Origin: an uncultured Alicyclobacillaceae bacterium | Lineage (GTDB): Bacteria; Bacillota; Bacilli; Alicyclobacillales; Alicyclobacillaceae | Assembly: GCA_964645595.1 (NCBI GenBank) | Contig: CAZYAH010000001.1 | Coordinates: 1 to 44,900, forward strand | Reading direction: 5' to 3' | DNA length: 44,900 bases | In this document: piece by piece, positions 1-7,224 of the stretch | Position numbering within the stretch: the stretch's first letter is position 1 | Layout: every line of letters begins with the position of its first letter | Translations under genes and position numbers: made by a program | The notes under the pieces: model-generated | The model's database searches: none | Told to the model about the DNA's origin: nothing | The model's input: the letters and a program-made list of their open reading frames with translations, nothing else

Positions 1-55
1 GAGGCGTTAGTGGGCGGTCAGTGCAGCTGGCTGGGGTACACACTCTCCCAGCTTG
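1..55 (+). repeat. 55-bp direct repeat, left copy (attP-side / circularisation overlap)
   Basis: GAGGCGTTAG...CCCAGCTTG is identical to 44626-44680. The copies diverge at the next base (TACTA vs CACTG). Confidence 0.97.
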
Positions 56-66
56 TACTAGTTACC
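35..66. other. Putative attP core: 13-bp arm, 6-bp spacer, 13-bp arm
   Basis: GGTACACACTCTC-CCAGCT-TGTACTAGTTACC. The outer ends are inverted (GGTA/TACC). The right arm differs from the host-side arm TGCACTGACCGCC only by transitions. The phage/host junction falls inside this site. Confidence 0.55.
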
Positions 67-160
67 AGTCGGAAGTAGTGAGTCCTCCCGCCTCTGTAGG
101 CTAGCGCGCACGTAGAGGCCGCGCCCATGCTCAGGGCCAGGCCTCTCACCAAGGAGTCTC

Positions 161-991
161 ATGGATACATTTCTGACGATCTTTACGCAGCAGCATGTGA
201 ATCACTTGAGTGTGGCCGCTGAAATGCGCGGGACCATTGCCAAATACTTTGGCCCGCTCCGGCCCTATGCGTTAGCCGACATCACGCCGTTGATGGTCGA
301 GGCCTGGTTTCACGACATCGGTAAGCACAGCCACTCGCAAGCGAATAAGAGTCTGTCCATCCTCCGGACCTGTTTTGAGCGTGCTCGAGACTGGAATCTG
401 TTCACGGGGAACAATCCCGCGCAGCGCGTCAAGAAATACCCGAAATATGCGCGCGAGCGGTTTGTCACCCAGGAGGAAATGCCCAGGCTCCGAGCAGTGT
501 TGGTAAATGAATGCGAGGATACGCAATGTTTCTTTCTCCTGTGTCTCCTGGTCGGATGCCGGCGTGGGGAAGCCTTGACACTCCGTTGGGTGGACTTGGA
601 CATGGAGCGGCGCGTCTGGCGCAAGCCCAAGACGAAAACCGGGCGGTCCCATACGGTGCCGATTCCGTTCGCCCTGTTGCAGCGATTGCAGGCCTTGCCG
701 CATAGCAATGAGTTTGTGTTCTCGACCAAGCAGGGGCATTGGTGTCGATCACTGGCCTTTGAGCGATGGGATAGCATCCGGAATGCCGCCAATTTAGGGG
801 ATGTGACGATCCATGACCTGAGAAGAACAACGTGTTCGTGGTTGGCGATCTACGGGGAGAATCTGGCGGTGATTGGCAGAGGCGTGTTGAATCATACGAG
901 TTTAGCGCATACGGGAATATACGCCAGATTGAATGTCAGTCCAGTGACACGAGCGTTAGAAGAGAATAGTATTCGGATGCTGGGGCGGTAG
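161..991 (+). CDS. int: Tyrosine recombinase / phage integrase (no N-terminal arm-binding domain)
   Basis: Catalytic set: R (GCRRGEAL), K (KTK), HxxR (HDLRR), H (LNH), Y (GIYARL). AAGGAG RBS upstream. Confidence 0.93.
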   Translation: MDTFLTIFTQQHVNHLSVAAEMRGTIAKYFGPLRPYALADITPLMVEAWFHDIGKHSHSQANKSLSILRTCFERARDWNLFTGNNPAQRVKKYPKYARERFVTQEEMPRLRAVLVNECEDTQCFFLLCLLVGCRRGEALTLRWVDLDMERRVWRKPKTKTGRSHTVPIPFALLQRLQALPHSNEFVFSTKQGHWCRSLAFERWDSIRNAANLGDVTIHDLRRTTCSWLAIYGENLAVIGRGVLNHTSLAHTGIYARLNVSPVTRALEENSIRMLGR

Positions 992-1000
992 GTATTTTGT

Positions 1001-1013
1001 GAGAGTGTGTACC
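1001..1013 (-). repeat. 13-bp inverted copy of the left att arm
   Basis: GAGAGTGTGTACC is the exact reverse complement of 35-47 and 44660-44672. Confidence 0.85.
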
Positions 1014-1035
1014 ACGACTCACCAGGGAGGACATC

Positions 1036-1356
1036 ATGCCGACGTCATTCAAGTTCTTTCCCAACGAGGAGGCCGCGCTCTCGTCCCTCACGCGCGAGGC
1101 GATCGCCACCTTGCGGGAGGATCTGCATACACAGGGGGGCACGCGCGAACAGCAGGAGGAGTGGCGCGACAAGATCCACGACCTGGAACTCCTCGAGACC
1201 AGGCTCGCGGACCAGTTCACCGTGCTCACGGACTGGGTTGCCGACGTGGAGGCGCTGCTCAATGGCGCAGGCCACTTGCGCGAGAGCTGGCCGACGCTGG
1301 GCCTCACCTACTACGACAAGGCCAAGACCGTCGTGGCACGGCGGACGCCACGATGA
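1036..1356 (+). CDS. Hypothetical helical protein
   Basis: GGGAGG RBS, ATG start, protein-like acidic coiled composition. Confidence 0.7.
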   Translation: MPTSFKFFPNEEAALSSLTREAIATLREDLHTQGGTREQQEEWRDKIHDLELLETRLADQFTVLTDWVADVEALLNGAGHLRESWPTLGLTYYDKAKTVVARRTPR

Positions 1357-1380
1357 GGCCGAGCATGAGGCGGTCACCGG

Positions 1381-2286
1381 TCATGCTCTGGAAGTCTCAG
1401 CCGGCAGATCGTAGAACGTGCTCGTGCGTATATCATGTCCGAGCGTGACGACGCCAGTATGCCCCACTTCCTTGAGCTTGCATTTCTGAATATGAATTTG
1501 CGTGCGATCGGATACCCCTTCCTCCCGATACACTGACAGATTGATATCCGGTTTCGCATGAAACGCCGCGGAGCCCGCAATGTCATAGGGTCGCACCACA
1601 GGATAGGTACCATCCTCGCGCGGGTGCATTTTCGTGGGATGGGCGATCAACCACACATGGACCTCGTGCGTACGGGCGAAGCGACGAATCTCCGTCAACA
1701 GCTGGCTCACATATTCTGTTTCCGTCATGCCAGGCGGGCGTTTGTGTTCATATTCTCCGTAGGGGTCAATCAACAAGCCGGTGAGGCCCTGCTCGACCAG
1801 TGGCCGACAGCACGCGAGGACGTGGGATATGGTGGCATTCGTTTCAGAGGGGGGCAGAAAGAAGAGGCGCTGATGCAGTTCATCGTTGGAGCGCATGAGG
1901 TCGGCGCGGGTCAGCGCGGCAAAGGGACAGCGGAAGTATTGTTCGTAGAGATGGGCGAGGAGATTGTCATACGGGAGATGCTCGGGCGAGGAGATCGCCA
2001 CTTTCCAGTGATGGGTGAGCACGCAATGTAAGAGCATCTGCATCACGAACGGGGATTTGCCACTGTGCGGCATGCCCGTGATGACGGTGACCTGTCCTGG
2101 CTTGATAGTATAGAACGGATCGAGCGAGGACCAGCCGGTCGAGGCACCGGGTTGGAGGCCGAAGAGATGCAGATCGAGGAGCGCCGATTCGAGTTCGTGG
2201 GTGGAAATCGGTGTGTCAGGATCGACATAGAGCGGTGGCGGGCCCACCGGCACGAGGCTGGCAGCACGGAGTTCACGCAGCGACAT
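1381..2286 (-). CDS. SF4 (DnaB/T7 gp4/Twinkle-like) replicative helicase
   Basis: Walker A GMPHSGKS plus SPEH, LLIDPY, LIAHP and YDIAGSA motifs. Start taken at MSLREL, which overlaps the upstream gene. Confidence 0.88.
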   Translation of the reverse strand: MSLRELRAASLVPVGPPPLYVDPDTPISTHELESALLDLHLFGLQPGASTGWSSLDPFYTIKPGQVTVITGMPHSGKSPFVMQMLLHCVLTHHWKVAISSPEHLPYDNLLAHLYEQYFRCPFAALTRADLMRSNDELHQRLFFLPPSETNATISHVLACCRPLVEQGLTGLLIDPYGEYEHKRPPGMTETEYVSQLLTEIRRFARTHEVHVWLIAHPTKMHPREDGTYPVVRPYDIAGSAAFHAKPDINLSVYREEGVSDRTQIHIQKCKLKEVGHTGVVTLGHDIRTSTFYDLPAETSRA

Positions 2287-2767
2287 GGGCCACCTCGCGC
2301 AGATGATCGGCATAGTCCTCACAGAACCGGGCACGGTCGAGACACACATAGGCGGGATGGACGGCTTTCATCGCCAACTCACGATCCGCGTCTGTCCAGG
2401 TGTCACAGTCAGCACAGCGGCCCGCCATCTCTAGAATGGCTTGAGCACGCTGGCGTAAGTCGTAGGCGTGCAGTTCATAGGCGAAGGCGAGTTTTAGCGG
2501 AGACGGTTTCATGGGAGGAAGCCGCACCGGTCGCGCGTGTCCGTTCAGCAATGTCTCAGGGAAGAGATCCGACATCGTGAGACCGAGTGCAGCGACAATG
2601 TCTTGAGTCTCGCAATGCGCGAGACAGTTTAAGACGATCCGTCCGCCGTCTCCTTCCATCACGCCAAGCGACGGATGGTGATCGTCATGGGCGGGACAGT
2701 TCACGTCCCACCCTTTCTTCGTGTCTTTCACCACAGGAAACAAGGCGAGGAATTGGGTGATGGTCAT
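2273..2767 (-). CDS. Primase-type zinc-binding domain protein (no TOPRIM domain)
   Basis: CPAHDDHHPSL...LNCLAHC...IVAALGL..SDLF primase zinc-finger signature. Confidence 0.8.
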   Translation of the reverse strand: MTITQFLALFPVVKDTKKGWDVNCPAHDDHHPSLGVMEGDGGRIVLNCLAHCETQDIVAALGLTMSDLFPETLLNGHARPVRLPPMKPSPLKLAFAYELHAYDLRQRAQAILEMAGRCADCDTWTDADRELAMKAVHPAYVCLDRARFCEDYADHLREVAHVAA

Positions 2768-2769
2768 GG

Positions 2770-3441
2770 TTACCCCACATATTTTGGGTGATAGGAGAAA
2801 TCGTGCGTCTTTTTTGCCTGGAGATCAGGGAACGTGAGCGAGGGATGATACGGACAAGTGAGAGAGGCTGAGCCATTCGAGAGGGGCGGCTCGATCTTAT
2901 TCAGCCAATTGACGACGAAGCGGTGATTAATGACGCGGTGTTGATTCTCGGCTCGACTGTGCCACTCCTCGACTTTCCCCAGCTCGCGTTCCCAGTTGAT
3001 ATGCGCATAGATCGGGTTGGCCTTCAGTTGTGTCATCCAGTCAATCGGTGCAGCCTTCTCAGCGGTCCGCTTTTTCCGGACGACTGGTTTGTCGGCCCAG
3101 CGTGCATCGGCGCCGGCTTTGGCCCGTTCTGCATAGAAGGCCTGCTTCAGTTTGGCCTCTTTCCATTCCTTCATCAGGCGTGTATTGATGAGGCGATCTG
3201 GTTGTTTCCGGTCTGATTTGAAGCAGCCCCACACCCGTTCAAATTCTTCATCACTTCCCATCCAATCGGCTAACGCTTTAACCCGCTCACGATCGTTCGG
3301 CAAGGAGCACGATAAATGTGCCCAACACTTCGCTAATAATTGGATGAATCCGCCGCGTTGTTCATTGGTCATCAGCATGACCGTCTCCGAAGTCAGCCAC
3401 GCCTGCACATCAAACTTGAAGAACGGTAATAATAACGGCAC
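2770..3441 (-). CDS. Replication initiator, YdaU/DUF1376-like
   Basis: PFFKFDVQAWL...MTNEQRGGFIQLL..CW....SLPND...N.RL N-terminal pattern, and a C-terminal FVVNWL helical domain. Confidence 0.8.
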   Translation of the reverse strand: MPLLLPFFKFDVQAWLTSETVMLMTNEQRGGFIQLLAKCWAHLSCSLPNDRERVKALADWMGSDEEFERVWGCFKSDRKQPDRLINTRLMKEWKEAKLKQAFYAERAKAGADARWADKPVVRKKRTAEKAAPIDWMTQLKANPIYAHINWERELGKVEEWHSRAENQHRVINHRFVVNWLNKIEPPLSNGSASLTCPYHPSLTFPDLQAKKTHDFSYHPKYVG

Positions 3442-3462
3442 GTTCGATAGTCCTTACGGATT

Positions 3463-3584
3463 ATGCCTAAAGCATGCCATAAGCAATGCTTATAGGATGC
3501 TTCAAGGATGCTTGAAGGAATGCTAAAGCAATGCCTCTTAGACTTAAGATCTTAGATGTTAGATAGAAGATAGAAGAGAAGAGC
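3463..3584. repeat. Iteron-like tandem array plus AGA-rich tract, probable replication origin
   Basis: Six 11-12-bp units starting ATGC(C/T) and a partial seventh (3463-3535), then TTAGA/AGAAGA repeats. Adjacent to the initiator gene. Confidence 0.7.
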
Positions 3585-3588
3585 ACCA

Positions 3589-3753
3589 TCATCGATTTTC
3601 CTGTGAGTCGGACTCGTCTAACTTCGGCGTGTCCCAATACGCTGAGGTGCAAGACGGACAGCGTTTCGGTTGGCTCAATTTGCGAGGAATCCAGCGATGC
3701 TGACACCGACAGCAGAACCAAGAAGGCAGGCTAATCACTTCGATCACGTTCAT
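3589..3753 (-). CDS. Small zinc-ribbon protein
   Basis: CxxC.H.W.PR....P..CPxC.S.YW pattern. ATG lies 6 nt after a -10 hexamer. Confidence 0.7.
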   Translation of the reverse strand: MNVIEVISLPSWFCCRCQHRWIPRKLSQPKRCPSCTSAYWDTPKLDESDSQENR

Positions 3754-3759
3754 GACGCC

Positions 3760-3825
3760 TGTATACAGGGCCATGATACCGTTGTCAAGTATTTATTTGA
3801 CAATCGCCTAGGAAGCGTGTACAGG
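3760..3825. promoter_or_regulatory. Back-to-back sigma70 promoters
   Basis: Minus strand: TTGACA (3788-3783), 17 bp, TATACA (3765-3760). Plus strand: TTGACA (3797-3802), 17 bp, TACAGG (3820-3825). Confidence 0.7.
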
Positions 3826-3834
3826 GTAACGTCC

Positions 3835-4107
3835 ATGAGTGTTGCCTACTACATCGGCGCCAAGGCCATTGCAGAGCGGTTGGGGTATAAGAACACCAAA
3901 ACCGTGACTCGATGGGCTGAACGCGATGGTCTCCCAATCTACAAGCGTCGGTATCCACTCAAAACCGGTGGGTTTGTCACGAAATGGTCAATTAGTGAAT
4001 CGGCCATGACAGCGTGGGAACTCGTGCAAGGACAGCGTAGTGTCCACATGCTACAAGCGAAGAAAGCGTTAAAAGCAGAGCAGCGAGCGCGTGCGCTCAC
4101 GGCTTAA
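3835..4107 (+). CDS. Helix-turn-helix DNA-binding protein (Xis/MerR-like)
   Basis: GAKAIAERLG..TKTVTRW...GLP HTH pattern directly after the rightward promoter. Confidence 0.75.
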   Translation: MSVAYYIGAKAIAERLGYKNTKTVTRWAERDGLPIYKRRYPLKTGGFVTKWSISESAMTAWELVQGQRSVHMLQAKKALKAEQRARALTA

Positions 4108-4317
4108 TATGAACTGGCCTTGCGTGAATGTTCATTTATGTACAGTTCCCAGGCATGATAATTGATTAGTGTATAACCTGTGGATAGTCCAATTATGAAC
4201 ACACAGCTCGACCTACTACGGGTAGACATAAGCGCTCTCAGTCCCATGAGAATCAGCTAAGTTGACTGATTATGCCTCATATGTCATTGATATATCAAGC
4301 ATTGTACAATAATGAAC

Positions 4318-4345
4318 AGTTGTCATAATATTGGTTATCAGACGT
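4318..4345 (-). other. dif-like XerC/XerD site
   Basis: Minus strand ACGTCTGATAA-CCAATA-TTATGACAACT, an 11-6-11 layout resembling dif (…ATAA-N6-TTATGTTAAAT). Confidence 0.65.
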
Positions 4346-4569
4346 TCCAAATTGAACACAATGATTGTACAGAAATGCACGCACGTACAAAAATGAACAT
4401 AGGCAGGGGGGCGGGGGGCGACCTCGCTAATCCTTCGGCTGCAGCTACGGGGCACGCCCGTGAATGTACGCCGCATTTTCCCACTTCTCTCTTTTTTTTC
4501 TTTCCCTCCCTACACCTCGCCTTTCTAGTTTCGTTTTTTCTCCTCACAATTTTTTCTCTTAGGTAATAT

Positions 4570-4755
4570 ATGAACCTCTCTGATCTTCTCTGCGCAGCGC
4601 ATATTGAAACCTGGGTACGCCTGTACGAGGCGGAACAGTTCGCGAATAATCAGGTGCGCATGCATCGATGGATACAGGAGAATTATGAGCACGTGTTGGC
4701 GCAACAGGATGCGAGTGAGACAGCGGAACTAGAGCGGCAATGGAGTCTGCCATGA
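4570..4755 (+). CDS. Hypothetical protein
   Basis: AGGT RBS. First ORF of the late operon; ATGA overlap with the next gene. Confidence 0.55.
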   Translation: MNLSDLLCAAHIETWVRLYEAEQFANNQVRMHRWIQENYEHVLAQQDASETAELERQWSLP

Positions 4756-5204
4756 ACGACCGTGACAGCGCCTATACCGACAAGCTCTGGGGGGACGCAC
4801 TGCGCCTCGTGACGGCGGGCGTGGACCCTGAGTTAGGGAGTGAGACGGTGGCGGATGCCCTGGCGGCACTGGCGAAGCAGGCGAAGGCGCTGCGGGCGGT
4901 GGAGTACTCAAGTGAGAAAAGTAAGCACGTGAAATGCGAGTGCGGGCTCTCGGTGGAAGTCTTCTTACCCAACGCCGAATCCCTCGCCAAGACGATGGCG
5001 CAGACGGCGAAGATGATTGATGAGACGGCGCGGCTCGTGCAGTTCTGTAGCGGCAAGTCGGACAGCCGTCCTGATCTGGGGGCGGGGCTTCCGGTGGATG
5101 TGCTAAAAGCGTTGACCGATCCGCAGTTGCACACGGTGATGGAGTGGATTACCGCCAATGGCCGCGAGCAAGAAGACCTTCCTGAGCGCCACCCAACGGC
5201 TTGA
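4752..5204 (+). CDS. Possible terminase small subunit
   Basis: Position directly before TerL, helical, with a LKALTDPQL C-terminal segment. Positional call only. Confidence 0.45.
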   Translation: MNDRDSAYTDKLWGDALRLVTAGVDPELGSETVADALAALAKQAKALRAVEYSSEKSKHVKCECGLSVEVFLPNAESLAKTMAQTAKMIDETARLVQFCSGKSDSRPDLGAGLPVDVLKALTDPQLHTVMEWITANGREQEDLPERHPTA

Positions 5205-5898
5205 CGCCGAGCGGTGCCGCCGGGACGCGCATTACTTCATCTTTCGCTCAGGACTCGTCACGAAGGACGAGCACGATCAGCAGGAACCAATGAAGCCGTT
5301 TCCTGAGTCGTTGTATCTCCAATCCCTCCTCGATTGTTTGCTCGTCACGGGGAAAACACTCCAGCCTGCTGACGCGCAGTATGCCAAAGCGGCGGGTCAC
5401 TCCGACCTGTGGCTGACCGCCTTACGGACTTCCGGCTTGTTCATGACGGAAAAATCGCGCCAAGTCATGGTGACGTGGTTGTGTTGTGCGTGGATTCTCT
5501 GGACGGCGAAGTATCAACCGCACCGCTTGATCCTGGTACAATCGAAGCGCGAGGACGACGCAGCGGCGCTGGTGTTTACCAAGGATCCGTTCTTTGCCAG
5601 GATCAGCTTCATGGAGCATCATCTCCCGGCGCATCTGAAAACGCTGTCCTTCCCGAAGGCTGGCAGCTATGGGCATCTGTACTTCCCGAACGGCACGCAT
5701 ATCTGGGCTATTCCGGAAGGGGGCGAAATCATCCGCTCGCAAACGCCGACGATTATTTTTAGCGATGAGTGCGCTTTTCAGCCGGAGTTCGGCGCCGCCG
5801 TCACCGCCGCGCTGCCGTGTATCAAGGGCGGAGGTTGTCTTGTTGGCGTCTCCTCCGCAGAACCGTCTGCGTTCCAAGAGTTGGTGGAGGCGGCATGA
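5158..5898 (+). CDS. terL: Terminase large subunit, ATPase half
   Basis: EKSRQVMVTW (deviant Walker A), IIFSDECAF (Walker B), GVSSA coupling motif. Stops after the ATPase domain. Confidence 0.85.
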   Translation: MAASKKTFLSATQRLDAERCRRDAHYFIFRSGLVTKDEHDQQEPMKPFPESLYLQSLLDCLLVTGKTLQPADAQYAKAAGHSDLWLTALRTSGLFMTEKSRQVMVTWLCCAWILWTAKYQPHRLILVQSKREDDAAALVFTKDPFFARISFMEHHLPAHLKTLSFPKAGSYGHLYFPNGTHIWAIPEGGEIIRSQTPTIIFSDECAFQPEFGAAVTAALPCIKGGGCLVGVSSAEPSAFQELVEAA

Positions 5899-6047
5899 GC
5901 AAGATCATGCGCCTTCCGCGCGAGATCGTGTTGTTTTACGAAGATCCGTTGGTATGTGGCAGGTGGTACTCGAAAGGGCTTGTGGACGTGGATGCCTATC
6001 CTGAACTGGAACCATATTGCATCGAGGAGCCATGCGCGACGGCTTGA
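5895..6047 (+). CDS. Small hypothetical protein between the terminase halves
   Basis: GGAGG RBS, ATGA overlap with the ATPase gene, 50 aa (MSKIMRLPRE...). Confidence 0.5.
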   Translation: MSKIMRLPREIVLFYEDPLVCGRWYSKGLVDVDAYPELEPYCIEEPCATA

Positions 6048-7015
6048 GCGAACGCCTTACCACGGGAGGAATACCTGTCCTGCGACTCCATTATTCTGCC
6101 GATGAGGCGAAGCGCGCCGGGACACTGAAGGGCGACGCCTGGCTCGCGCAGGCCCTGCAGGGCTATACGGGGGGTGTGAATGCGCCGCGCTGGCGCAAAG
6201 AGATGGAGATCGATTATTCTGCGATCCTGGGCACCAAGCTCTTTCCCCAATGGCCCCTCTGGTCCACGAATGGGAAGATCGTCATCCCGCCGTTTGATCC
6301 CCTCGGGTATAAACTCTACGGTTCCTACGACCACGGCTGGCGGCACAAGGGGGCCTATCTCGTGCATGGGATCAACCCCGATGGGGAGAAGGTGACGCTG
6401 TGGGAAACGTGGGCGAGTCACTTGGGCTATCAAACCTGGGCGAAGATTATCTTGGGCGAGACCGTGCGTGTGCCCGGCTGCGGCGCGTCCTGTCATCCGG
6501 AGGCGCGGACGTTCCCGGGCAATCCGTTTGCGGGGCGAGAAGTGTGGAAGGTGGCCGATCAATCCATTTGGGCCGAAGATAAACCGCAATCGGATAACAC
6601 CATGAAAGCGACGGCACACCTGTTTCGCCAAGCCGGCGTGCATTTCATTCCCGCCGAACAAGGCGGCGATACCACCGTGGCGGAATGGCTGATCGAGCAC
6701 TACTGGAAAGATCCGCTGCATCCGACGTATCGGATCACGACCGCGTGTCCGGGCCTGATCTGGGAGATTGGCCGCCAGCGGCACAAAGATCATAGCGACA
6801 CCGTGGCCGCGCGCAAGGCGCAACCCGAGGAGTTGGTGGACAAGGATAACGACGCCTGGGACGCTTGCAAGTATTTCCACTTGAAATTCCCGGCGGCGCC
6901 CCGGCTCGCCATGCCCGCGCAGAAGCCGGGCAGTTGGGCCTGGTGGCAGAAGCTGGCCAAGGCTCCGCCGTCGATGGGCCAGGCCGCGCCCAGCTATCAG
7001 AGGCAGGTGGGATGA
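6032..7015 (+). CDS. terL: Terminase large subunit, RNase H-like nuclease half
   Basis: RLHYSAD...WRKEMEID linker, GSYDHG, ADQS and DKDNDAWDACKY acidic motifs. Has its own GAGGAG RBS. Confidence 0.85.
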   Translation: MRDGLSERLTTGGIPVLRLHYSADEAKRAGTLKGDAWLAQALQGYTGGVNAPRWRKEMEIDYSAILGTKLFPQWPLWSTNGKIVIPPFDPLGYKLYGSYDHGWRHKGAYLVHGINPDGEKVTLWETWASHLGYQTWAKIILGETVRVPGCGASCHPEARTFPGNPFAGREVWKVADQSIWAEDKPQSDNTMKATAHLFRQAGVHFIPAEQGGDTTVAEWLIEHYWKDPLHPTYRITTACPGLIWEIGRQRHKDHSDTVAARKAQPEELVDKDNDAWDACKYFHLKFPAAPRLAMPAQKPGSWAWWQKLAKAPPSMGQAAPSYQRQVG

Positions 7016-7224
7016 TGAGTTTTGTACGAGACCTCTATCGTATCGTGACGATTCCATTCACCTGTCCCAAGTGCGGGCATAGCGTTGCGGCTGAAATTGA
7101 TTTCGATAAGCCACTCAATGTTGGCAACCAATGTCCGAAGTGCATCGAATGCTACCCGCAAGAATTTAGCAATGCGGTGATTCGTGCAACTGAAAAGTTT
7201 TGGAGCAACGTCGATGGGTCTTAA
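7012..7224 (+). CDS. Small zinc-finger protein
   Basis: CPKC...CPKC; coupled to both neighbouring genes. Confidence 0.55.
   Translation: MMSFVRDLYRIVTIPFTCPKCGHSVAAEIDFDKPLNVGNQCPKCIECYPQEFSNAVIRATEKFWSNVDGS

Noticed and set aside
1-55. 55-bp repeat as a tRNA/tmRNA-derived att core
   Set aside because: No T-loop, CCA end or cloverleaf on either strand. The flank is protein-coding and the repeat looks phage-derived.
3463-3535. Tandem repeats as a CRISPR array
   Set aside because: Units are 11-12 bp with no spacers and there are no cas genes. They fit iterons better.
4109-4135. GAAC...GTTC as a LexA box
   Set aside because: The spacing is about 15 nt, not the 4 nt of GAAC-N4-GTTC.
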